Positions 50,143-63,107 of a stretch of 64,000 bases of DNA are shown piece after piece. The notes beneath the pieces are model-generated. The model saw only the letters and a program-made list of their open reading frames with translations. It was not told the DNA's origin and searched no databases. The DNA lies in NCBI GenBank assembly GCA_030248215.1, contig JASANG010002570.1, forward strand, positions 1 through 64,000. Reading direction: 5' to 3'. The position numbers and the translations under genes were made by a program. This DNA comes from Enoplolaimus lenunculus (Eukaryota). Within the stretch, counting starts at the first letter, position 1, and each line of letters begins with the position of its first letter.

Positions 50143-50671
50143 GGCCTATGTAAAAATCAGGGGTGGAACGTTTTTCTGCGGGACATAAAAAGAGTAAGCT
50201 TAAGCTTTACACTAATGCTTGGCTTAGGCTTAGGGTTAGGCTTAATAATATACTCATTCTTACGCTTTGGCTTAGGCTTAAGAATATACACATTCTTACG
50301 CTTAGGCTTAGGCTTAAGAATATATTAATTCTTACGCTTAGGCTTAAGAATATAGTCATTCTTACGCTTTGGCTTAGGCTTAATAATATACTCATTCTTA
50401 CGTTTTGGCTTAGGCTTAAGAATATACTTATTCTTACGTTTAGGTTTAGGCTTAAGAATATACTCATTCTTACGCTTAGGCTTAGGCTTAAGAATATACT
50501 CATTCTTACGCTTAGGCTTAGGCTTAGGCGTAAGATTAGGATTAGGAATATTCTTATTATACTATTACGACAATGTTCTATACATTGGTCAAAAATTTCA
50601 AACTTCTGAAACGTCGCAAAGCGTTGTATGTATATAGCCTTACTGTTCAATCCCTGTTCTTTACATTGGCC
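50143..50671. mobile_element. TTAGGC-MITE subfamily B with expanded 36-bp module and two right ends
   Basis: Eight modules at 50256-50510; right-end motifs at 50590 and 50671. Confidence 0.8.
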
Positions 50672-51157
50672 TTATTTTTGTAAAAACCCTAAAACATCGA
50701 TTATAGTTTAAAAAATTTAACACTGACGTGTTATTCGGTCCAGTGCACCGACAGCTTTTTACCCGTCGAAATATTAATACATCGGTCTTTGTTATCATTT
50801 AAATAATTTAAAATTTCCACTTAATTTTTAATATCGACATTTCTGCAAATTTTGCCTGTGATAACAGTACTGCAGTTAAGTAATGATACAATTGCACTCT
50901 TGGGACAATTGTTCATATTTGCAATATTTTTTATGTCTATTTTTTCTTTAAGGCAAACACGCCAGGGTACGCACTTCGCACCCTCCTGTTCGATATTCAT
51001 TGTTGACAGAATCTAAATAGGATCACTCAGGGTTAGGTCGATCGCCGATAAGGATCAAAACCCAAATTTTGTATTAAGATTTAGCACTAAGATTGTGATT
51101 TCGGCACGATTAATACAGACTGTTTTAATGCATAAAATAATCGGTGTTACGGTTTGC

Positions 51158-51479
51158 GGCTCATGTAAACATCAGGGGCGGAACGTTTTTCTGTGGGACA
51201 AGAATAGAGCAAAGTTAAGCTTTAGACTAATTTTTTAGCTTGGCTTGGGCTTAGGCTTAGGCTTAGGAATATATGCTCATTCTTACGCTTAGGTATTAGG
51301 CTTACGCTTAGGAATATGCTTATTTTTACGCTTAGGTTTTAGGCTTAGGCTTAGGAATATGCTTATTCTTACGCTTAGGTTTTAGGCTTAGGAATATGCT
51401 CATTCTTACGCTTAGGTTTTAGGCTTTGGCTTAGGAATATGCTTATATTACTGTTTCATCCCTGTTCTTTACATTGGCC
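51158..51479. mobile_element. TTAGGC-MITE subfamily B
   Basis: Perfect TSD cggtttgc. Confidence 0.9.
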
Positions 51480-51860
51480 CGGTTTGCAAATATTATCTTG
51501 AGATAAGTACCATTGGTTTAGTCGTTTTTTGGCCCTTAGCCCTCGAATCGAAAGTTCTTGGTACGCCACTGAAATACGTGTAGTGCATAGCATATTATCA
51601 ATAAGATTTTAAGAGGGGACACGAAAAAGAATTGGAATTTCGACACTCACCCCCACTACCAGACGTTAGTTGACTAACTCAGTTTTGCGACCGAATCTAA
51701 ATTTAAAAAAAAGACGAAAGTCTACCGTTAATAGTGGACACGACACTAAATACGATCGGACACGCGTGAAATTAGTACAAGATTGATTATATAATTTATA
51801 TATATATATTTATATATATATATATTAAAGTATTTTTAATATTATTTTGATATCATTAAC

Positions 51861-52039
51861 GGCCAATGCCACTTTTAGGGGCGTAACAGTAGATTAAGCG
51901 TATTGCTAAGCCTAAACATAAACGTTGCAAAAATGTGTTCCTAAGCCTAAGCCTAAGCCAAAAAATATAATCTAGAATTTAAACGTACTCTTTTATAGAT
52001 CCACCAGAAACCTGGACGCCCGTTAAGGTAACATGGGCC
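51861..52039. mobile_element. TTAGGC-MITE subfamily C
   Basis: TSD tcattaac/tcattaat. Confidence 0.88.
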
Positions 52040-52183
52040 TCATTAATTGTGGGTCGTGTTCGGCTCAGCATGGGGGTCACAAAATACTTTTACGAAGGGC
52101 AACACGGGGTGAAATTCATATGGCTTCCAAACGGTGCTACAACATTTCTTGGGGTGGGGGGTAGATATCTCTACGAGGCGTTG

Positions 52184-52529
52184 GGATATGTTTCGTGTTC
52201 CCCTTTTAGTAAGTGGTTAAATTTGGGGATAATTTTCTAACAGATTAACGGCAACGTTTTAGATCGATTTTAGTAATTTTTAGACGTAGAACTAGTAGTC
52301 GAGTAATTGATACGGTCAGCGGTCAGTAGTATTTATGAACTAAAAATTCAATAGGCCTTTTTAGGCGTTCGGATATGTTTCGTGTTCCTTTTTAGTAGGG
52401 TTGAATTTGAAAAATTTTCTAACGAAACGTTTTAGATCGATTTTAGTAATTTTTAGACGTAGAATTAGTAGTCGAGTAATTGATACGGTCAGCGGTCAGT
52501 AGTATTTGTGAACTAAAAATTAAATAGGC
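52184..52529. repeat. Local tandem duplication of about 185 bp
   Basis: ggatatgtttcgtgttcc ... aactaaaaatt(c/a)aataggc occurs twice. A smaller 76-bp duplication lies at 59985-60125. Confidence 0.85.
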
Positions 52530-53155
52530 TTAGGCTTAGGAATAAAATAGACGGGAATACAACGGACTGTTGTGGTTTTCGGCCAAATTCGTACGGCGGT
52601 CAGGTCCTGTGTTTTTTTATTAATTTTGCTTTATTTCTTTTTTGTTTTGAAGAAAACAATGTTTAACATGCTTATAGTCGTCAAATTATATATGTGTACA
52701 CAAGACAAGACTAGAAGTTTATTTGGTTCGAAAGCACGAGAAAATATGCATTTTTGTATAGTACAAACGTCAAAGCCAAATTGACAAAATCATTGTAACC
52801 AACAAACGTTATGGACCCGTACTTCTGGCCCCTATCGTTCCGCCCAATCTCAATATTTTTCTGCAACGTCGAATTCGAAATCACTCTTTTTGGGAAGAAA
52901 GATAAACAATAGGGATGTGCCGATACCAAAATTTTTGCCGATGCCGATTCTTATTTTGAAACTTTGCCGATGCCGAACCGATGCCGATTCCAACTTGAAA
53001 ACACCATGCTTAATAAACAAATAGGATACTACGTTACATCATTATGACGGCGCATGCGGTTGAAATAACAAACTTTGCAGACAGAACCAAATTTGGAGGC
53101 CAACATTTATCTGGTAGGTTAAACCCGATAGTCGTTTGCTGGTTATTTACTTGAC

Positions 53156-53897
53156 TCGGGGCTGAAGTTTAACCTCAGTCGACATGGTTGTTCTCTAATC
53201 AATGCAACGATTTATCGGTGAACGGTGCCCAAATTGCTGATGCCTCAGTGCCAGGTTTCTCAAACCAGGTTGTTTATAATCGACAGACTTACAAATTTTC
53301 TTGGTTAGCAAAAGACAAAAAATGACAATTAATATTTGGCAAAATGCGACAAAACCATATTTAATTGAAATATACATAATTAATGTTGGCAAAGGTTTAG
53401 CTGAACCAGCTTTCTCTCATGCAAATTGTATCATAAGCTGATACTACTGGTGTATTATACGGTGCTGCTTAGGTGGGTCCTACACGAAGACGGCGAGTCA
53501 CGTTTAACAAAACCGTTGGACTCATGTGAAGTTTTACTCGCTTCAACTAAAGTTGAAACTTTTGTTCATACGACAGATTTTAGTCATAGTTTTGTTGAAA
53601 GGCTAAAAATCTTTCGGCCAAAAAGTTTAGGCAACTGCCAACTGTGGCAAGCAACAGAACAGACCCCCATCGCTGTACACAATATATTAATAGCGATAGT
53701 TTATTGGAAACAGTGAAAAAAATTTGCCAAAAGTTTAACCAAACATCGGCTGGGTGGATGACCAATAATACCCGATTGTCTACAGTCTTAAACAGAGATT
53801 GTTTAACTATAAACACACACATATATATATGTATATATATATTATATATATATTATTTATATTATATATATGTATATATATATATATAAATATATAT
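53156..53897 (+). pseudogene. Decayed 3' part of an RTE-like LINE ending in a (CA)/(TA) microsatellite
   Basis: SGLKFNLSR, LYHKLILLV / LYGAA / WVLHEDGESRL and EVLLASTKVETF resemble remembered RTE motifs GL.IN..KT, LYK.LILPVLLYG.E.W.L...DE.RL and EVL.R..V. Microsatellite at 53812-53897. Confidence 0.55.
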
Positions 53898-55482
53898 CTT
53901 TGGAAGTACGCCGAAATTCGTATTCGAAAAGTCTAAAACCACGATACAATTAACCTCGCAATTAATTACTAATTTCGCAGTAAAATTTGCTTATATTTGC
54001 GCACAAAAATTTGATTGTAAAATGTTAATTTGTCTCATTTTAAGTGTTGAAATCGTTTTAATTTTACACCATTATAAGATATTTCAATCCACTAAAGCGA
54101 ATCCTTTATATCATACAGGATTGCTCTAATAAATGCTCAGGTCCATCCGTTTGTAGAATTACAGCAGAGTCGTTTAGGGTGATTTGTTTTGATGCAAATT
54201 TTAGACTTTGTGTTCGTAATTTTTGGTTTAAATTACAACGTTTCTATTTGAATTTTGGTCAACATTTGATGATGTTGAAATCGGGTTTAGGTTTAGGTTC
54301 TTGTTTTACTTGTTTTCTTGCTCGCACTAGTTATTTCTGAATTAAAATTAGTAAACAATAATTCATTCCGAGCTGAGCTGTTTCTCACTCTGAGTTGAAT
54401 TGACTCTGGTTGAGTTAATCAATTAGCTCAGAATGAATTGAATCAACTCAAAATTCTGAGTTCTGATTGTCCTAACTCAGAATGAGTGATTCAACTTAAT
54501 TTGAGTTATAATCAACTCACTAAAATTTACTGTGTAGACTGCTAATTTGGTTTCGTTGCCAATGTTAGTTATAGAGTCTGCTTTTAAACCTAAGCCTAAA
54601 AGAGTTTTCACAATGACTTACAAGCACGGTTGAAAATTTTCTAGAGGAAGCGAAAATTTTTCCATAGGGGCTAAGCCCCATAACACCTTTTGGCAACGGG
54701 GCTGCACCGGTTTTTGAACAAGTGTTTACCCGCATCACGCCATATGTTTCTCATTTAACTCGATTTGTGCTTCAGATGAACATTTTGCATTGTAAAATGT
54801 AAAAAATTTTCATATTATTTTAAGCTAAAAAAGTATTATATTTAAAATTTAGAAACCCTTAAAATGTTAGAAAAAAAGTGCTGTCTATTGCTATCACCAA
54901 CTCGACTGTGTTTTGTCCATTGTTTCGCTTTGTCGCTTGCGTTCGCAAAAAAAACGCGACAGAAGTTGTTGAACAAATTGCTCATCGCACTTCAGATACA
55001 AGAAACGTCTTTAACAACGGAAATTTGCATTTTATAAATTGTTATTTTTATAGAAATTATTGTGTTAAAATTAAAAGAAAATTGACGAAAAAAATCCATT
55101 TTAAAATGCCCGTTTAAGAGGTGTCTACCAGATCGAAGATGCAAGAAAAGTTGATGATGTGCTTAAGTAAACAGTTAAATTTGAAAAATTGACAGACTTA
55201 TTCGTCATACCACCAGGACGGTTCTAGAAAAAATTTAGTAGGATGGGATGATAGCTTGGGACGTGCGGAACCTAAGGGATACTTTGCCGCATATACTTGA
55301 CCGTTGTCGTCTGACTTGGAATGGTTTTCGATATTAAATTTGACTCAATCTTGTGCTCTGTACAAAGGCTGGTTCGCTGACACTTTACCCATCCTGGATC
55401 CACAAATGTATACTGAATTTAGGATTGCTAAACATCATAACGTCCGCAACTATACTTGAACAAATTCATCCTTTCAATTGTG

Positions 55483-55683
55483 GGCCAATGTAAAGAACAG
55501 GGGCGGAACAGTATTTTAAGCTTTTTCCTTAGCCTAAGCCTAAGCCTAAGCATAAGCAAAAGAATGAGCATATTCCTAAACTTAAGCCTAACCTTAAACC
55601 AAACAAAAAATTAATTTAAAGCTTACGATTACTGTTTTCTAGTCCCGCATAAAAACGTTCCGCCTCTGATCTTTGTATGCACC
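55483..55683. mobile_element. TTAGGC-MITE subfamily B
   Basis: Perfect TSD caattgtg. Confidence 0.9.
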
Positions 55684-58600
55684 CAATTGTGTGAAATTAA
55701 AATATTTTCTCGGCTGATGCTGAATATTAACTCGCAAAGTTTCAATTTAAGACAACTTTTTTTTACCGATTTGATACTTACTGTAATTTTTAATAGCAGC
55801 CAGTTGTACATGTAGTACTTGGTCCTTTTTGAAATGAGAGTAAATTAAAAATTTAGAATTTTAAGAGGATAAGTTATTCTTCAAGATGACCATTGGTCAA
55901 TTGTTAATGATGGGCTTCGAATCTAAGCCTGACCCTAATCGTTTTGGTTTGTAATTTTTTCAACCAACGGGGGTAAGTTTTATGTTAAAGGATGTGATGA
56001 TGTTATATATAGGGGCATGCCTTATGGGGCCGGGGAGATTTCGAAACTGGAAGACTCGGGTCCTTAGGCTTAGGTTAGGAATAAGTTATTTTTCTGACGC
56101 TCATGGCTATGTTTTGGGGTAGGCTGTAATTATTAAAGCTTAAGGATTTATGCTTTTTGATTAATAATTATTCCATTTATCTACAATGCTTAATTTAAAC
56201 TATCCGCTTACGGACGAGGGTTCTTTTTGTTTCGAACTTTTAATGATTTAAACGCTGATTTAAAAAATATTTTGATATTTTGACATTTAAAAATGCGCTG
56301 AACAGACAGTTTTTCCATTTATTTGAAGAAAAAGTAGGAATTGCAAAGTTCGGTGGCATATTGTGCTTTGCAAAATGTTCACCACAATAGGATTGGTGAA
56401 ACAGGAAGTATCAACAGTATCCTGTTTTCTGGATCCGCTACTGTATTTTCGAATGTTTTCTTTCAAAATTCATTCTATAATTAGAACAATTTTAGTTTCC
56501 TTGAACGCAAGAAAAAAATTTGAATTTTAGAAATACACCGTTTGCGTAGCTGAAAGGAACTATAGAGTTGTAGCTTCGTGTTATCGCTTTGTTTCTAATT
56601 CAGAAACTTGTGATCCGAAGGGGGCGTGTGCCCGAAATGTAATAATGAATATGACTTGCGAACGAATTAAGCAAGAAGCCAAACGCAATTTTAGTACTAA
56701 ATCTTAAATACAAAATGTTACGTTTCGATAAACTGTTTTCAGGCAGTGGCACCTTGGATCAGCCACTGATTGGTTCCAGTGAATACAGTCATTTTCAAAT
56801 ATTTCTACCGCTGTGTTTACTTTTCGGATATATTCGTCGAAATTTGACAATTTAGTAAGAAAGTTTAGCGAACATTTCGGTTGCAGTATTCAGTTTTAGA
56901 ATGTAAAGTTTAGGAATTTAGTTTTAGGGATTTAATTTCTTATTATATATTTTTTGTATCTTTTTAAGACAACTGTCGGTGATAGAATTTTTATGCTAAA
57001 TTCACAACATCTTGCGTATACCAGCACTTTCTAGAGAGTAGGCAGGTGGGCGTATAAGCCCCCCCGTCAAAACATTTTTGTAACAAAATGCTCCCCTCGT
57101 CAAAACATTTGTACTAAACTGCGCCGCCCACCCCCGTCAAAACATTTTTGTGATAAAATGGCAAAGGTGTCCTACCGTACAATTTTCCTCTCCCAGAAAA
57201 TTGGTACATATATAGCATACAGTAAAAATTGCGTTTCATAACTTTTGCCAGCCCGCTTCCGTCAGAAATTTATGGATCCGCCGCTGTTACACCAGGGCTT
57301 TATTGGTTGTAAGTGCCATACATAAAGTACAGTTTGCCCATTACCGCACATCTCAGTCCAAGCAGTACACGATTGATTAGTGCAGAGAAGGTAAAAAACC
57401 TTACCTGGGGGTCGAACATTTTCTAGGAGGCGCTGAGGGCCTTTAATAATCACCTTCTGAGTACTGGCCCAAGATAATGAGCCAAAATATATACACCAGC
57501 ATACATAATTAAACCTATTTTTGTTTCGTGTGACAAATTTAACTCATTAACGGTCGTGTTTGCGTTAAACCTAACGCTTGTTTAATGTATATTTCGCTCC
57601 CCTTAGGGACTTTGTAAACTATCAACGACTATTAACAGTTAATACCTGCCTGGGGGGTTAGGTGATTTATTTTTTAGTCACTCAAAGGCGTAGTAAAATT
57701 ATTACAAAATATTCAACTATACTTTACTAATATCAGGCTTGTATTCTTTATTTGAAACGTCAATTAACGGCCATTCGTAAATGTATTGCACTGTAAATTC
57801 GGATGAGTTGAACAATCAATTCCGACAGCTAATTGGTTATTTTTGGTTATTTTTGAGTTGATAACAGTAAATATTAACTCACTATGAGCTGATTTTGTTC
57901 CGGGTCAGTTGATTAACTCACGATGAGTTCAACCGATTCAGAATTCTGAGTTGTGAAAGACCTAATTGAGAACTCAAACTTCTGAGTGGAGTCAACTGAT
58001 TCTGAGTTAAAATCATCTCACTGGAATTTATAGTGATGCGTTTTTCGAGCAATTTTTTTTCATAATGAGTCCATTATAGAGTGTAGGTGAAATGTGAAGG
58101 CAGGGGCGGCTAAGAACAGCATTGCCAGGCTGGCCGAGAAGTTATCCAACTGCGTTAAAAGAATTCTATGATAGGAAAATAGTTCTTGAAAAATTAAACC
58201 GACAATTCCTGGTTTCGGGGAAAAAGGGTCGGTGAAATGTTTTTCTTACACTGCGTATCAAAACGCTACACTTTGAGGCGTTACTTCAATTTACAAACAG
58301 GGATGCGAAAAAAATTTCTGAACAATTTGACCTTTATTATTTGGGATTTTATCATTCGACGCAAAAAAAGGTCAACGAGTTTAAGTCCAGCGGATGTCTG
58401 AAATTGATGGATCAAATTAATTTTTTGAAAATTTTTTCGCATTTCATTTTATAAGCTGAAACCAGGGTTTCATCGGAATTCCGATTCCGGCTAAAATTCC
58501 GGCAAAATTTCACGTCCGATTTCGAAAAAATTAACAGATCAAATATCAGGCCGCCCAGTCCTGGCATGCTTTCTACCCAACAGGTTCGGATATCTCATCA

Positions 58601-59488
58601 AACTGGCACAAAGCCAAAATGTTGTATTTATGATTTCGTTCTAAAATTGCGATTGCATTCTCGCTCGTTTCGCTCACGAGGTTTTTTTACTATTTTTGTG
58701 TCCCCTTATCGTAAAATTGTGGATCCGCTACTGCTTCAGTTTAAATATTTGTAGAAAAATGGAACCTAATGCCTCTAGCGACCCAATTGGGTCTACTACT
58801 GGATTAGGTTACGTGTATGGCATGTTTCTAATGAATGAACCAATATTTCTTACCAGTTTTGCGTATACTTTATATGTTAGCGTTGCCATAGAGATTATAT
58901 TTTTGTTTGACTTGGAATAATATTTTCACAAGTTTTAATTTGTACTTAAGACAAATTGCGAGAAACCATAAAGAAACGTTTGATTTATGCTCGATATGCG
59001 TTATGTTCAAAGTTAAAAATGCTGTTATAGTTTATAAGAGAACAAATTAAATTTTTTCCGACCGTCACTATTTTTGGGGGCCAAAAGTGCCTTGGCTTTG
59101 AAATGGCTTTGAAAAAATTCATTTCAGTTAATTACTATGCTAATAGCTGAACCAAATGTTTTCCGGAAACCGTTTTGCTGATCTGCTCAGTATTGGTTTG
59201 TTTTGCGTCAAATATAAATTATCGACAACAATGATTACTGTATTAACTCAGATATAACTAACTCTCTCTCTAACTGTGTTGATTAGACTCAACTCATTGG
59301 AATTTACATTGTGAGTAAAACTGGTTCTTCGAGGCATAACCAGGGTTTCATTTCGCTCGGGTATAAAGTTATATTCTGGACTCTACAGTTGTGCAGGTTA
59401 TCTTGAAACCTGTAAAAGTTACGCTGTATATTTATGTGCCGCAAAACGTCGCCCGACGCCGTCCGTCCCGGCGCGTTACCGGATGCCA

Positions 59489-59682
59489 GGCCCATGTATA
59501 GAACAGGGCCGGAACCGTAGCATAAATATTCCTAAGCCTAAGCATAAGCGTATGGATGAGCCTATTTCTAAGCCTAAGCCTAAGCATAAGAAAAAGCCTA
59601 AGCAAAAAGATAGTCTAAAGCTTAAACTGACTCTATTATAGCCCTTCCGGAATACGATTTGGCCCTGTTCTATACATGGGCC
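59489..59682. mobile_element. TTAGGC-MITE subfamily A inserted in a Tourist-like MITE
   Basis: Perfect TSD ggatgcca; near-perfect TIR. Confidence 0.92.
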
Positions 59683-60408
59683 GGATGCCATTGCGTCGCT
59701 CGGCACCGTCCGTTTTTTTAAAAAGTATTTTTTGACATTACACGAAGGCGTTGCGCCGTGAGTAGAGCTAGCGCAACCCTAAAAAGTGCCGGTTTCACGT
59801 TCTCTTCAGAAATTTCAGTAAAGGATATATTGCCTTACTCGTGTCCTTATATACGCGTCTATTTTTTTACTGTTTCGTGCAAGCACGATATTACAATTTT
59901 CAATCGGTAATCTTCACTGAAACTTCTTTAATAAAACATTTAATGTGTGAAGCGTGACTTCATGAACTAAAGATAAACATTCCTTACGATAAAGTTACTC
60001 ATTTTTAATTTCTTAAATTTAAGACTATGTTTTCTTAAAATGACAAAAACAACTTAAACTGAGATAAAGTTACTCGCTTTTAATTTCTTAAATTAAAGAC
60101 TATTTTTTCTTAAAATGACCAAATAATACTGAAACTGTTCGTGTGTTGTTTTTTTATTTTACAAATTGTAACAATTGAAGGTATCTTATCTATTTTTTAG
60201 GAAATATTTGTGATATCTCTGGAATTAGCTATATCTCTGCTTATCTTAGAGAAACGACAAACGCATCAACATTTACATGCATTATAATATACGGCTGGAG
60301 CTTAGAGGTTAAAAACATTTTATCTACAAACCTTATGTAACAATTCGTTGGTTTCATAATTATTTCTTTGCAGTTTAAATGAAGAATATAGCTGTTCTCA
60401 AAACTTTT

Positions 60409-61006
60409 AGCCAATGTATATAACAGGGCCGTAACAGTAGTATACGCATGTTTCTAAGTTATGTGTGAGAATGACAGCTTATACTGTAGTGATCCGAATA
60501 AGAGGGGGACTGATATTTATTTGGCCTGTCCAGAGGGTACCGTCTTGTTATTCGGTTACGGACTGTTATTTGTTTTTAACCACGCTCCGCCACCCTTCGT
60601 TACTGATATATATCCGGTATTGCAACTATCCGTTGAATAACACGTTTTTTGGTTGCTTTCAAAACTTAAGTGCGTTTTAATATTTCGAACTCAAGATTAT
60701 TTGATCCACTAGTCATTAATGCGTTTCAAATAGGAATAATTGACATTTATAGACTCTTATTAGGGTTTGGGGCTCTATACGCTTACGGACTCTTATTAGG
60801 AATACAGACTCCTATTGATTAGTGCTCAAAATGGGGACCCCTTCCATCTTATTACCCCTCTTATTCGGGTCACTACAGTACGTATGTCTAAAGCCTAAAC
60901 ATTAGTCTAAACAAAATTCCAAGCAAAAAAAAGTTAGTCTAAAGTTTAAGTTTACTCTGTTGCAGTCCCGCAGAAAAACGTTCCACCCCTGATGTTTACA
61001 TGAATC
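60409..61006. mobile_element. Old TTAGGC-MITE interrupted by the TA-MITE at 60484-60878
   Basis: agccaatgtatataacagggcc ... cccctgatgtttacatg; insert flanked by TA. Confidence 0.7.
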
Positions 61007-62867
61007 GAACCTTTTCACCATTCAAGTTGAACTGTATTGTTCAATTCTAACGAAAGCCTTAACCGCGGCAGTTGTAATTTTACAGTCTAACGAGCTAATG
61101 TAACTTAAAAGACGTATGTCTCGGTTTCAATGTGCTCAAAAGCTTGTCAGGGGGTGTAAGACTAAACCCCGTTTTTTGATTATTGTCCACGCGTTTTTGG
61201 AACTGTTACAGTTGGTATAAACACAAGAATTCACAATTAAAAATTTTAATAGATCGTAACTTCGGTTTCAAATATCCTGACGACATCCCTGCATATGAGG
61301 GTTTATGGAAGAGATACGTAAGTCCTAATACGAGTTTAAAGTTTGTTCTCACGTTGTATATTTAACTTTGTCAAAGTTACTATTTTAAATTCGTTTCAAT
61401 TTACCAAATATTCTGAGTAAAATTAAGTGTCAAAACATTGTTTTGTTATCATTTTCAAATGCTAGGATCGTACCAACAAGAGTGGATGATGCATACTTTA
61501 ACAACAGTATGCAACAGGTACTTTCTGTGTAGAAAACATTATACCCGGCACGCGTTGCGTTTTAGACCGACCCCCTTATTTAGACGGGATCGCTTTCAAA
61601 CGCAGTACCTCTAAATTAAAGTAAGCCGAACATTTTCGATGTCCGATACATACAATGTCATGGTTCGCACAGGTTGAACCCCCTTTAAATAAGGGGGTTC
61701 AATCAAAAACACAACGCGTGCAGGGTACGTTTTATTACGTGCAGAACCTCAAGGGTTGCATACTCTTGTATCATTCACTCTTTATATAACAAAGAGTGAA
61801 TAAATAATCTCTATTTAACAAGAGTATGCCACTGGGCACATTCTGTGTGGAAAAGAGTATACCCGGCACGCGTTGGGTGACCTACCCCCGCTCCATTTTA
61901 TTTACAGAGGGGGTATAACCGGTGCAAACCATGACACTTTATCTATCCGGCAACAAATTGCAACGCTTACAATTTAATTTAAGTTATTCCATGTGACAAC
62001 GACCTCCCGCAAAACAAAGGGGTCGGCAAAAAAACGCTACGCCCGGTGGTACAATTTGCACCATGCGGACCCCCAAGAGTTGCACACTCTTGTAGTATAT
62101 GCTCGTGTGGCGCCATCCGTCACCATGCTATATCGTACGTGATTATTTCGCGTACGATACCGTTTGGCGACGGACGCCGCCGGACCGTGACGAATGGCAC
62201 CGGACGTCATCAAAAGTATAGCGCCATCCTAAGGTTTAGATTAAGGCTTTAGACAATAATTTAGGCTTAGGTAAGCCTAAATTCTGTGGGGGGGGACTAT
62301 AAAAGAAATAGTTTTCTCCACGTTAGCGCGAGGTGATAATTTTAAATTTAAAACATTTCAACTGAAAATTTTATTTTATTCAAGAAAAAGAATACTTCTA
62401 TATAAATAATACAGGCAATTTCTTAAAATTAAAAAACATAGGCCAGTGGTACGTATAGTGCCGTAACAGTAGATTAAGCATATTCCTAAGCATAAGCAAA
62501 AAATATAGTCTAAAATCAAAACCTACTCTTTTACAGATCCACCGGATACCCGAAGGGTCCCTTAAAGTTAAACATGAGCCAAAATATAAATGCGAGTTCC
62601 AATATTTAATCAAACCAACTTCACACAGGTTTTATGGGGGTTTTTTTTGAAATATTTGACCAGATCAAAATTTACACATTAAACTGCAACTTTTGATCTC
62701 ATTGTAAAATAAAAAGTTTGTTCTTCGCGAATAATAAATTGGTTTGCGCGCACGTGCCAGATGTTGCCGGCATTGTTAATTTTCACGGCTCAGGAACAAT
62801 TGTAAAGACAACTCGACTTAAAGCTTGAATTTTAATGAAATGTGATACAATTGAGGGTTGCTGTTTT

Positions 62868-63107
62868 GGCCCATGTATAGAACAGGGCCGGATCGTTTTC
62901 CGGAGGGGCTATAATAGAGTCAGTTTAAGCTTTAGACTAATTTTTTTTGCTTATGCTTTTTCTTCGGCTTAGGCTTAGGCTTAGGCTCATCCATACGCTT
63001 ATGCTTAGGCTTATGCTTAGGCTTAGGAATTCGCTCATCCATACGCTTAGGCTTAGGCTTAGGAATATGCTTATACTACTGTTCCGGCCCTGTTCTATAC
63101 ATGGGCC
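62868..63107. mobile_element. TTAGGC-MITE subfamily A
   Basis: Perfect 25-bp TIR; TSD gctgtttt/gttgtatt. Confidence 0.9.

Noticed and set aside
50163..50650. LRLRL / SLSLS / GLGLG repeat ORFs (also at 4844, 5399, 21913, 59476, 62947)
   Set aside because: Translations of TTAGGC arrays inside MITEs.
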